From positions 119,040,001-119,104,000 of the forward strand of contig NC_092344.1 of the NCBI RefSeq assembly GCF_963676685.1: 64,000 nucleotides of DNA, in the 5' to 3' direction. The translations under genes were made by a program, and so were the position numbers. Below the pieces are notes generated by a model. It saw nothing but the letters and a program-made list of their open reading frames with translations, was not told the origin of the DNA and did not search any database. This stretch comes from Mytilus edulis (lineage: Eukaryota). Shown here piece by piece: positions 25,341 to 39,043 of the stretch. The stretch's first letter is position 1. Each line of letters opens with the position of its first letter.

Positions 25341-28300
25341 TCCTAGTAAATTGATTGATTGATTATTGTTTGCTTAATATTCAGTAGCAAATATTACATG
25401 TATATTCAGTACAAGAACAAGCTAACAATAAATACTTTCTTAATAAACATAAACACACAATTAATCTTTTAATTGAGCTTCCAGATCTTTGTTAAAATAA
25501 GGATTCAGACTGTGTATCAACAAATATTGTTGTTCTTTTTGAGTAATACTTTTCTAATAAATGATTTTTTTCCTGAAAAAAATTGAATTTCCTACATTAG
25601 TCCATGTTTTAACATGGATGATCACACTTTAAAAAAAAACATATATGCTTACATTAAAAGATCTATATGTGATAAAACATAAGCTAGTCTCAACAAATAA
25701 ATAATTACATTTAATATCGAATAATTACAGATAGAAATTCTTAGGTAAGAAATCTGATTACGATGTAGAAAGATTTTATCTAACTAACTTCAGACACCCT
25801 TCTGTTTTCAGACCTTATACAAATATCAAACAATCATATGACACTAATATCATAAAGAATGTGTAATTAGACAGGTAAATTACAGGTATATAATCTTATT
25901 TGTCTACAAATATTTTCACCTGTCCTTTTGACAATAGTTATTTAGAGGTTAGCGAACAATAAAATAAATACCATCGTTGTCCCTATCTGATCCCCCATAA
26001 CACCTTGCGTCCTTTGTTCAAAATTCCAATATTTTTTTTGGTTTTGTAATAAAAAATTTGATGATCCTATAATTATACAATTTAAAGAGTTTAGAATCCA
26101 CTTATGGATTCATTCAAAGTGATTTTAACAAAGAATTACAAAAATATTTATATTTATCTAATGTTGCATCTAGAAAGCAATTTTTAATGAAAATATCCTC
26201 AGTCAGTGGAATTCTCACGCTCCAAACACAATGTATGACTTATGTTGTTATAAGAACATTATTTTACATGTAACAATAGAATTCTAACTTCTTTACACCA
26301 ACCTTTGTCAACATCTACAATAATTATTACCCACTTGGACTAGAATTATTGACAAAGAATTTCTTCTTGACTTCTTTCTCTATTGAATTTCAATAAAAAT
26401 GTGCAAATAAATGCAAACTTCCATAAGCAAATAGGAATGCGAAGATGTGAAAGGGCGAAGTTCCTACTTACTCCTGAGGGTGAATTTTAAGTGTCTCTCT
26501 ATTTTGTACATAGATATAATATACATGATATCCTGGTATTTTTTTTTTATACGACTTTAATACAACATTGGAAATTAAGTTTTTACCCAAAAATTAGGCA
26601 ACATCTAATAAAATAACAATTCTTTAGTTTAATGAATACAATTAGAAATAGTGTTTATAACTCTTTATGTAAAGTGTTTGATTCACATGTCTGCTTCATG
26701 ACCCTTGGTATCTAGTACTATCTACATCTAATCACAAATCACAAAATCCTATCATTTGAGTCTTTTTGAGATTTTAACCTCTTATTTAAACTTTGAAATG
26801 ACACACCAAAAGCTAATTCTTTCAATCTTAGCAAAAGCTAGGGAATCAACAATTGTAATCTTATTATCAAACCTTCTATAGAAGGTATCATTTCATTTCA
26901 AACATTTAATTGATAACAGACTCTTCCCTCTGAAACTGTACAAACAATGTTAAACTAATTAAACATTAATAGAGTAAATTCTATCCTATCCTACCTATTC
27001 AGTGAAATCTTCTCCTCAGACATAAATTCAATTCAATATAAGTCTCATCTCTCAATAATAAATAAAACAAGGTTACATTTAGTGTAAAAACATATGATGA
27101 AATTATAAAACTTTCATAATTAACTCTTTATACTACAAATTTAATATGTCATGATGAGTTAATTAACAGAGAGCTTTGGTATTTAATTATTTCAATAAAA
27201 CATGATTAAAACGTTAATGAGTGAAAAGGACATCAAGTTATCACATTTAAACATGACAACTGACAACTGAACATGCCAAATACCATCAAAATTCTTACAC
27301 ATATTTTAAATTAAATTTGCACATTTTTTCTGACATATTTTGTTGATGACAACTCTTATGCCTTACAATGATTAATAAAAACTGCCTGCAAACATTCAAA
27401 ATAAAATGTAAACATAGACACTGAAATATATCAACTGCTGCATCCTTAAAATGTTAATAGTACAACACATGTGGTGTTTATAGCTGAAGGGTGGATTGCA
27501 ATTTTAAAAAAAATAAAATTTCTGAGACATTGGTCTATAAAAGATAAGAATGTAAATACATATATATTTCAAGGTCACATCACAGCCTTCAACAATAAGT
27601 AAACAATCTTATCACAAGATATGAATGCTTAAAGTAAACTTGCATATTTGAAATTGTTCAAAAACAACTAACAGATAAAGTACCATATAACTACATGTAT
27701 GTGTGCATGGACACCCCTTTTTACTGTGCATATTAGAAAACATTTTTTATACACAAGACCCAATTTAGTTTAAACAGTATTCATTAATGAAAAATTACAC
27801 GATATATATTACAATGTTACATAACGCTTTGATTGAGTTTGACAAATTGAAACCAGCAAATCATTCAGGAAAGATGCCAAAGTACAGAATATAGGATTCG
27901 GAAACATTGTTTGGAAAAACTTTTATAAATCAGTCTCCCTAGACGCAATTTGTTTCTAAGTTAAACCAAATTGCAGTTTCAATCAATTTAAAACAGAATT
28001 CAATACCGATATTTGGTTAAGAATATATTTCATTACATTGTACCAGAGATATGTCTCTGATTGCACTTGGTTCATACTAATAGCCTTTCATTACCAATGG
28101 ACTTAAACTTTTCACAAAAATAAATAAAGTTAATTTCGACCAAAAGTTGATCAGTTAACTTCTTAACATGCCTATTATGCTATTCACAAAACTTTATATT
28201 CAATTATATAATTACTTCAAATTTACCCTTAGGCTTTTCAAAAACTATGCAAATATGATACATGTGCAATGTTGCCAGATTTAACATATTTAAAAAATTT

Positions 28301-29905
28301 AATTAATAAATGCCCTATTGCAGTAAGAATAAAAATGATGAAATAAAAGAAAATAAATCAACCTATTAGAAAGGGTTGATGCATAAAAGTCTGCTTGAAA
28401 TTAAAATATTCAGAATTCAGACAAGCACCTTTGATCACCTTTAGTATGTAGCAGAGTTAACAAGTGTTCTAAACATTCACAAAAAGTTAAGGTATCAGTG
28501 TACTATTAGCAAGAATAGTTAGCAAATTGTAAAAAAAAATCTGAACTAGAGTATTCATCAATTAGACAGTAACCAATTACACACTAAAAACAGTTTTTCA
28601 TTTGACGTTCATTTTTACTGAACTAGTAAAAATTTTGTTACAGGGCCAGCTGAAGCCTGCCTCCAGAATCAGGAAATTCTGGCTGTGTTGAAGAACCATT
28701 GGTGGCCTTTGGCTGTTTTCTGCTCTTCGGATAGGTTTTTGTCTCTTTAATAGACAGATTTCCCATTTCCATTCTAAATTTTATTCAAATTGATCTTCAT
28801 TACATATAATATATCAGACAGAAAGTACCGCTCAGCATCATGTATAAGTAAATTAAAATCTGTCAATCTTATAATGTCACATGCAATACATCTAGTCTAG
28901 TATTAAAAAACACAAGTTTGAAACATTTCAAAATTCTGTTAGTCGTAACTTCAAATAAATAAAAGGATGGTTTTAAATTAAAATTATTTAAATTATTTTT
29001 AATCCCTTGAGCTGTTTTTTTTTCGTGACATTAAAAATTTTAATATGAAAATAACATAATAGAAAACTTAAAATTTAAACTTGATATATTGTATATGAAT
29101 TTTACGCATACCTAGAGTCAAATCCGCTATTCCACATGAAAAGATTTCTTTTTACAAGATGTGCCCTTACAAAGAGCTCTTTAATAACAATTGTTTTGTA
29201 CTGATGAAATTTTAATCTTCCAATTTGTCGACATTCTACAGATTATCATAGTAAACATTTGTGTCCAATCAAATCATGTAGAAAAAGTAGTAATAGCCGT
29301 ATACAATGTCTCCTTTAATGACAATGTTATTTGTATAAAGGATAATTCCAGGGTCGATACCTACTAATTTGTAAAGTTTCCATCGACAAAAGTAGCTCCA
29401 GGGTGTTTTTCTATGTAACTAGTCCAATTATTGTTCCATGGACCATCAAATCTCAGGTCAATTTAAAATTCAATACTTTTATAAAATAACTGAGTCTGAA
29501 CTCTGTGGTGTCATCCAAAAACTAACAATTATGTTGTCACGGAAGATGAAAAATGGTGGGAAACTTGTCTACATACATCAGACATCATATAAAAAACAAA
29601 TTGTTTTATTTAAAAGAATGTAAAATATGAATGTATATATATTATTTCAATTGAAAACACATAACAAATACACATTTATTCATATAAAAAAAAACACATA
29701 AAAAATTCCAAGGGAGGATAAAAAGACCTGAAGTTATTAAAAAGTAGATTATCATTTTGCACTAATTTTATGAAAATTTCAAAACAAATTCCTTTATTAT
29801 AATTATTTTTCAGTTTTTCATAGTTATCATTAAAAGAAACAGCTTGATTATACATTGAAAATCAGGAAAAAAGATACAGACTTTCTTCTGTCTTCTCATG
29901 TGATA

Positions 29906-30932
29906 ATAAAGGGCTGCGCTTAAGCGCATGATACGCCCATTGCTCTTTTAACTTGTCTTTTATGCTTTAAATGAATTTATATGATCAACTAGAAATATAT
30001 ATACAAATCAAAAGGGATGTTACATTAATATATTCACCAAAGTTTCATAAAATCCCCCTTTTTTAAGTATAAAAATTCATTACTTAAGAAAACGTAAAAT
30101 CTAAAATTTATAAAAATGGAAAGGGAGCTTATGTCAATAGATATAAACAATTTATCAAAGTTGCATAAAATTTTGTGAAAGTGTTAGTTATTGTCCCAAA
30201 ATTGGAAAATCCCCCCTTTTTTAAGCATAAAAATTCATAACACGGAAATGTAAAATCTGAAATTTATAAAAATTGAAAGGGAGCTTACATCAATAGATAT
30301 AAACAATTCACCAAAGTTTCATGGACATTGGTGAAAGCCTTTTTGAGTTATTGTCCGAAGTGTTGAAAATCCCCCTTTTTTTATGAATAAAGCCCCATAA
30401 ATCCAAAACTTAAAATCTGAAATTTATAAAAATTGAAAGGGAGCTTACATCAATAGATATAAACAATTCACCAAAGTTTCATGGACATTGGTGAAAGCCT
30501 TTTTGAGTTATTGTCCGAAGTGTTGAAAATCCCCTTTTTTTTTATGAATAAAGCCCCATAAATCCAAAACTTAAAATCTGAAATTTATAAAAATTGAAAG
30601 GGAGCTTACATCAATAGATATAAACAATTCACCAAAGTTTCATGGACATTGGTGAAAGCCTTTTTGAGTTATTGTCCGAAGTGTTGAAAATCCCCCCTTT
30701 TTTATGAATAAAGCCCCAAAAATCAAAAACTTAAAATCTGAAATTAAAAAAAAACGAAAGGGAGCTTACGTCAATAGATATAAACAATTCACTGAAGTTT
30801 CATGGAAATTGGTGAAAGTGTTTTTGAGTTATTGTCCGAAGTGTGGACGACGGACGGACGGACGGACAGACGGACAGACGGACAACGGTATACCATAATA
30901 CGTCCCGTCTAAAAGACGACGGGCGTATAAAA
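29906..30932 (-). mobile_element. HINE with five internal tandem units of about 160 bp and a (GTCC/GTCT)n microsatellite
   Basis: Minus strand TTTT|ATACGCCCGTC..GACGGGACGTAT 5' end; 3' GGGCGTATC plus palindrome TGCGCTTAAGCGCA; units at about 30096, 30252, 30412, 30573 and 30733. Confidence 0.82.
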
Positions 30933-33904
30933 ACATAAGAGTTAAAATAAATCTAAATAATTATCAAATTTAACAAGACAAATGAACAGTCTCTTTAGGG
31001 GCCAGCTGAAGCCCACAGTGACCTTCCAGTGAAGTATTTTCTCACTGTGTTGAAGACCCGTTGGTGGTCTTCTGCTCTTTTAGAAACATTCCTCCAGTTC
31101 AATTCTCAATTTTAGTCTCTGACTATATCTACTTTATTAACTTAGATTATAATATCTTTATTATCATTTCAGAATATGAATTAAATATTTGCCATTGGAC
31201 AAAAACTGGATAGATTTCATTAGTTAAATATGTCATCTGTCCATGATCTGATCAGAGCAACTTATGAACTTAATTTCACATTATGGAAGTTAACTGTGAA
31301 GTAAGACACAACATGAGAGGATATTTGTCTCATTGGCAATCATACCACATCTCCATATTCTTGTATTAAAAAAGAATTACAGCACCATTTTTTTCAAATC
31401 ATTTTGTATATTATCAGTTGATAAACTAATTACCATCTCTTATTTCATGTTAGCTTTTTGAAATCAAATAATATGGTATGGATAAAACAATTTACCTTTT
31501 TATTAAATGTTAGTCTATGAAAAAATAATAATGAAGCTAAAACACTGATAGTTCCAATCTATTTCAGATTAGTGTTTTATATCGTCAGATAATGAAACAA
31601 CTAACTTATCTTATTTCGTGTTAGCTTTTGGAAATCAAAGAATATTTTTGTTTGTTGGACTAAAACTGTTTTTATATAACTAAACCTTTTAATAATGCAG
31701 ATTATTACAAACCTATACAACATTTCATAACAGAATAGGGATAACATGATGAAAAAGGGCAAATCAAACAGCCCCTTAATAATGTTGTCAAAAAAGTCAA
31801 GTCCACCTTACATAATTGCTGTGATAAAATTTTATCAAGCAAAACACAATCTAATACAAAATATCATAGAATATCAACAATTATAGATGTAATAATAATC
31901 AACTTGAGACACAATAATTTTACGTCTTAAATTATTTAACCCTTTCATTATATATTTTTTTTTACAGAAACAAACCCTTTTAACGCTATTCTAGTTAAAA
32001 CATTACAGTTTACTCTACAACTATTTTTTGTTGGTTGTTACATAAAACATGAAGCTGATAGTATTTTTTCAAATGTCTTATTATACTTATACTGCATCAA
32101 TTTTTTTTCTATCAACAAAAATTATCAAATGAAAGTATGAAAAGATATCTAATTTAAATTTTCTGAAGTATAGCCATAATAGTAAATTTATGATAAAAAC
32201 CTACCATCTTTTTTTCATTACATCCTTTATTCCAAAACATTACGAAAGTTCTACATTCCTTATTACTGCCCACAATATTCAGGATTGCCCTCTCGTCTTC
32301 AATACCATTGGTCAGTTTAAATCTGTACTAAATATATTAAACACATCATAAGTAGTGAAATTACAAGTTTCTATCGATGTAGTTAATAAACAGCGGCCGG
32401 TATTCCTTGAATAAATATTATCATTACAGTGGTTACGTATAATCTGACCATCAAAGAAATATTTGTCAATACAGAGAATAGTGGGCCATGACACAGGTTG
32501 ATAGGGAGCTTGTAAACTTCGCCTCATTTACCCCAAAATCAAAAGAAATTAAATAGATTTTAGTTAAAAAGAATCCATTACGTACAGTTATATTACAATT
32601 TTTTCTATCCCGCTATAGATTTCACCTTTCTACAGATTTCATTAAAAGATTTACGCTATTCATAAATGAATCAATATTTTTTCTCTTTCATATGACCAAA
32701 CTTTTATGTATAGTGAAGAAAAAATGTGGTGTGTGAATACAATGAAAGTTGGCCAAATATTTCCACCTTTATATTCCTTAGTTATTTAGGCTACAGGTTA
32801 GTGACATTCATAGATTTTTGGTGAATAAAATCCTTCTCTAAAGTGTTATTTTTATGTATTTTAACATCATATCTGACAAACATTATCTTATGGTGAAAAG
32901 TTTATTTTGGGCAGAAGTTTATAAAATTTCTGTATGAATAAACTTTATAAAAAAAAAACTTTTTTTTCACCAACTCTAAGCTATGATAATGAATGAAGTT
33001 TACCTTCTACAAAAATCTATTACATTCACAAAAAAAAATATAATTGGTTAAACCCCAAAACTCACAGTTATATATATATAAAAATTAGAATGTAACCCTC
33101 TCTTTTTTGGGTGTTAGGGTGTTTTGAATTATTTTAAGAATATATAACAAAAATTCATAGAAAAAAACAAGAAAAAAATTGTTACGGAAATAATTATAAA
33201 AATAGTGACCAAAAATATAATATAATAACAAATAAACAAATACCTAAAAAGTCAGACTAGGAAATCTACTTGTAGAGAACCAAAAATAATACGTTAAAAA
33301 ACAATTTCTTCAGATAACCAGTTTTGAGTAATGTATGACATATATAACATTTTATAAACTAAAAGATTATCTGTCGTAAACTTCATTCTATTATAAACAG
33401 TTATAGAAAAAGAACACTTCAAAGTGTTGAAAAGTTTGCACAAAAATACAAATATGAAAATTGATGAATGAGGTTCAAACAAAACTTTTGATCAAATTCT
33501 TTAAATCTGAATTGTTTAATATTAAAATACCAACACGAATGGATTATAGCTCTCAACCATTTCAAACCCGACAATTTACATTGACAAAAGCTACTTGGGG
33601 GTTTATCTGATCCCTGTAATACTGTTTTTAATGTCCCAGTGACAAAATAAATTTCAGTTATTTCCATGCATTGTCAAATAAGTTGGATTGGTAAAATATA
33701 AATGATACCATTTATACAGATCTCTCGTACAGATCACAGACAGATAAATGAATTACCTGACAAAAATTGCACTTATTTGTTTTCTTTAGTTATTTTTTGG
33801 TTAAAATTAGGTGACATTTTGCCAGTAAAGGTCATCACCCTGAATTATCGTTATCCTGTACTTTTTATTCTGCAGTAACAATGAACCACTATTGAAACAC
33901 TGAA

Positions 33905-34679
33905 CTGTGGATTCATGTATTTTTATTGGTACATTGTACCAATTTTTGTGGATGGATAGAAAATTAGCATTTTCGTGGATATTAGAATTCTTGGTTTCCA
34001 AAAAGTCTGCATATAAGCATACAGCAAAGGAGTAGGTCCTCAAATTTTAGGTTCATCTAACGAAAGTTTTTGGACACTTTTTAAACACTAAAGTGTCTAT
34101 TTCAATTGATTCGATTAGTTTATGTGAAAGATTTTAACTGATCTAGTCATTAAAAACGCTCTGATTCAAGCTAAAATATGAAAAAATCTATCAAATATGC
34201 CAAAAAACGTCACGTTTCACATGGTTTTTGTCAAAAATGGAAGTGGCCGCATCCGTGTTCATCCTCAACCTTTATATATGTTTTGTATTATCATCAAATA
34301 CAACTTACATTTCAATATCATGAATGAACACGAATGCGGCCACTTTCATTTTAGACGAAAACCGTCTAAAAATTAACCAAAATGCTTAAATTTTGAAGAT
34401 TTCAGTAATTTAGCATGACTTAATGAGGCTAGAACGCGATATTTGTGCATTGTATTGTCAAAAACAGCTCATATTTATGTAGCAGAAGCATTTTACTTTC
34501 CAAAATATAGCTTAAAGATTACATTTTCACAATTTTCTAAAACTGCTATATTTTGGGGCCAAAAAGGGGTCTTACTGAACCTACTCCTTTGCAATTTGTT
34601 GAACATTTAAATTCATGGTTTCCCTGTCCCAACAAAATCCACCAAAGTTGGTATCCAACAAAGAAAAATGAATTCACAG
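33905..34679. mobile_element. Tc1/mariner-type MITE interrupted by a nested TIR element
   Basis: CTGTGGATTCAT...ATGAATTCACAG|TA ends; same family as 772-954. Confidence 0.55.
34026..34590. mobile_element. Nested non-autonomous DNA transposon (possibly Kolobok-like)
   Basis: TIR AAAGGAGTAGGT / ACCTACTCCTTT and internal inverted repeat AAGTGGCCGCAT..GTGTTCAT. Confidence 0.6.
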
Positions 34680-37600
34680 TATCTTGTGCTTCCTTGTCTT
34701 CCTGTGTTGTTGGGTAACTGTCAAATTTGTGTTTGCCCCATCTTTCTTTATATAAAACAATAAACTGTTAATGAGTTATGTCTCAATTTCTGTAATAATG
34801 ATGGTAAAATGCAATCACCAGTCCATGATTAAAGGTGCAGGGCAAAATAGTCCATGGAAATGTGAAAAGGCAATAGTTATAAAATTATATACCAAATACC
34901 ATTAACTTATCACAAGTGGTTTCCTTTAAAGTTTCAAAGTGAATGTACCACGATTAGGGGTTGTGGGCCTTATAATTTCCATGAAAATTGTCATGCATAT
35001 ACGAAAACAATTGCATACCCAACATTTGCCTAAACAGTAAATGTTCATCTTAAACTGATCTATGACAAACATTTAAAACATGTCAATAATGTAAATATTC
35101 AAAGTCCATGAACCATGACAGAAAAGATGGGAAAAGGGGGGGGGGGGGGGGGTTAATTCCAAAATGTATAGGGTGGATGATCTTCTAAAATTGAGCTATA
35201 TGCTCTAGATGAATAAATTCAAAAAAATTTGTTGTTATCATCAGCAAGGATGTGAATTTCATTTTAATCACAATTCATTTTAGACCCACATATATGATAG
35301 CTCATGACCAGCATTTTAGACCTAGTTTTGTAATATTCACTCTAGAATACTTCAGAGGACTAAATCTGAGGATTTCTATTTGGTTTTCATTTCTATATTT
35401 AAGTATTATAGTATAAAAGTAAAGATAGGACTCCTTCAATTCCATTTGAAATTCTAGATGGTGGGTGTTAATTTGTAGATTTCATTTCATATTGTCGCTA
35501 TGCATGCTTACTTTTTTTTAAGCTGACAAATGTTCTTTTATATTTTTACAAAATTGTCAATTGTTTCCTGCATCTGTGTTGCAGGCAAAGTTATTCATTT
35601 TCATAATCCCTCTTCCCCTCTTTTCCAATATTAAATATTCAAACTATGAATCGACATGCAGTCAAACTTAATTAAAATATCTAATCTGACAATGAAAATT
35701 GAAGTACCATAAAGAAGGATAAAAACTACATTTATCTTAATAGAGACTTGACATCTACTACTTCATGTTTCTTATGGGTCACAAACGTGTCAACAACTTT
35801 ATTTATTTCTCAATGTGTACACATAATTTAAAATATTTACTGAATTTTTATCTTTTTATGTTGAGATGAATTATTATAAAAGCTACTCTAAAGTTCTTAG
35901 AGAATTTTAAATAAAAGTGGCTAAAGGTATGAAAATTGTAATAAAACCATCTCCTACTGATAAGATTTAAAACTTTAATACTTGAATATTTCTTATCAGA
36001 TTTTATTGTAAAATGTTTCTAACTAGTTTACTAAGTAGATTTTTATACAACCGCTACAAAGAAACTGTAAATAAAACAAGACTCATTTCCTTAACAATAG
36101 GATAAATGGTCTGCTGTCTTATCATATACATAACATATCATTATCCACAGTTTATCTGTGATTTGCACATTTTTCCTTTGATCCTCAAGCCCAATTCTTT
36201 TTTGGATAAAGGAAAGAATGTGATACTCTAAAACATAACTGAATAACATGGCATTGTTGTGAACTTGTAAATACTTCTTATTTTCCTATCCTATCCCAAG
36301 AAATATATTGCATTCTAGTATTTCTGCACAGAAAGTATAGAAAAGATAGACAAAATAAAAAATAATGAGTATTAATATAAAAAAGTCTGACCCTACTTTT
36401 GTAAAACTCTTTTAAAAAGTAGCACATTTAGTTGTTTTTTTCTCATATCGATCAGGTAGAAATAGTTTTAATGCAAATATTCCCCAAAAATCACAGCAGG
36501 ATCAAATTCAGTGGAAGACTACAAGTTAAAAGAAAAATCACAATGTTGTAGTGTTCTTAGAACTGGTGTACACCTATCCATGCCAGGTTATTTTCATGTG
36601 TGAAATCTAAAAGGTTACAAAAGAGAATAATCTATTCCACAGCAATACTTCTACTCATTCATGCCAAAATTGCCAAGATATTTTCAAGTAATAGTATGAA
36701 AAGTTATTTTAAGAATAATAGTGCATTATCTATTGAAGGGCAATATTTCTAAACAAAAATGTTTTGTTGCAAGTACTGTAAGTACAAAATGGTTTCTGAG
36801 AGGACAAGTATTTGCACTGTAAAATAATTGGACTTCTATTAACTGATTAAAAGTAAATTCACAACTCCTCAAATGTATTTCAGTAAAAAAATTGATTACA
36901 ATTGAACAAAAATAGAAATAGTTTGATACAATTTCTGTGGTTCTTTGATGTCTAATGTAAACACATATCACTATATCAAAAATAACTAGACCAGTTATCT
37001 TAAGGAACTATTTCATTTTGTCATACTTGTGTCAATTACTTTTCATTGAAATATTGTTGACTAAAAGTTTCTCTGTATAATGTAAATCACTCCAGATTTA
37101 AAACAGTCAAATATGTGTCACACAAAAGTTTTTTTTGTAACAAAATTTAGTTAACCCAGATAGTTGACTGGACATGTACCATGTTTAAAATTAAAATAAG
37201 TGTACACCAATTATATATAGGTATAAATAATTCATGGCACTATTAATTGACTAAACAGCCAGAGGTATTAATGAGTTAATCCTATATTGTGAATTATAAA
37301 TTGTATTGTTAAATATTTTTAATCCAATGTATAATCCTATTGGCATAACTATTCCAGCTGCTACTACAAACATGTTAAATTGTTCAATTATTAATTAACT
37401 ATTGTACAAGTTAAAGAGTTATAATGTTATTTTAATTGTATAATTGATACTTATTGAGACAACAACCCAACAATACAATGAAATAGAAAAGATAGAAAAG
37501 ATATCCAGAGGTCAACATAATGTCTTCCATGATAGACTATTGACTTATTAAGAAAAGTTATGAATTCAGCAGCAACTACTTTTAAACATTTCAACATATT

Positions 37601-37953
37601 TGTTTTTTGTCAAGATTTCAAATTGTTCAAAAGAGATATATTATACATTTTTTGTCTTTTCTTCAGGTAGATATAGCAAAGGTGATATCCTCTTTGAACT
37701 TCTTGGTCTTAATACACAAACCAATACATTTTTATGATGTATGTTTTTTCTAAAGACATGTAAAAATTATACAGATGAATAAATGTACTTTTGACATTTT
37801 TTTTAAAATTTCGTATGAAATGAGTGGGTGAAATAAAAAAAAATCGCCATTATCATGTGCTATTACATAAATCATGATTATAAAAAAAAACCATTTTCAT
37901 TGGAAATATGTTAGACACATTGCTACTAATATGAAAAAAGACACTGTTTATCT

Positions 37954-39043
37954 AAACAAGAGTGCACACACTGAAATGTCTCGCCTTCTTTACTAATCAT
38001 TGATATTATGTTGATAGTCCTAAGTATAAAGCTTTATTACAACTGTCACATAAATGTTACATTAACCAAGATAACTAAACAAAGACCAATGAACCATGAA
38101 AATGAGGTCAAGGTCAGATGAACCATGCCAGGCTGACATGTTCAGCTAACAATGCTTCCATAAAACAAATATAGTTGACCTAATACTTATAGTTTAAGAA
38201 AAATAGACCAAAACACAAAAACTTAACACTGAGCAATGAACCGTGAAAATGAGGTCAAGGTCAAATAAAACCTGCGCGACTAATATATAAATCATAAAAT
38301 ATTTCCATACACTAAATATAGTTGACCTATGGCGTATAGTATCAGATAAAAAGACCAAAACTGAAAAACTTAACTTTGACCACTGAACCATGAAAATGAG
38401 GTCAAGGTCAGATGACATCTGTCCGTTAGACATGTTCACCTTACAATCATTCCATACAACAAATAAAGTAGATCTATTGCATAAAGTATGAGAAAAACAG
38501 ACCAAAACACAAAAACTTAACTATAACCACTGAACCATGAAAATGAGGTCAAGGTCAGATGACACCTGCCAGTTGGACATGTACACCTTACAGTCCTTCC
38601 ATACACCGAATATACTAGCCCTATTGCTTATAGTATCTGAGATATGGACTTGACCACCAAAACTTAACCTTGTTCACTGAGCCATGAAATGAGGTCGAGG
38701 TCAAGTGAAAACTGTCTGACGGGCATGAGGACCTTGCAAGGTACGCACATACCAAATATAGTTATCCTATTACTTATAATAAGAGAGAATTCAACATTAC
38801 AAAAAATCTGAACTTTTTTTTCAAGTGGTCACTGAACCATGAAAATGAGGTCAAGGACATTGGACATGTGACTGTCGGAAACTTCTTAACATGAGGCATC
38901 TATATACAAAGTATGAAGCATCCAGGTCTTACACCTTCTAAAATATAAAGCTTTTAAGAAGTGAGCTAACACCGCCGCTGCCGCCGCCGGATTACTATCC
39001 CTATGTCGAGCTTTCTGCAACAAAAGTTGCAGGCTCGACAAAA
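37954..39043 (-). mobile_element. HINE with about six 147-bp internal tandem units and a (GGC)n tract
   Basis: Minus strand TTTT|GTCGAGCCTGCAAC..GTTGCAGAAAGCTCGAC 5' end; GAACCATGAAAATGAGGTCAAGG at 38091, 38238, 38385 and 38532; 3' CTCTTG|TTT. Confidence 0.8.
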
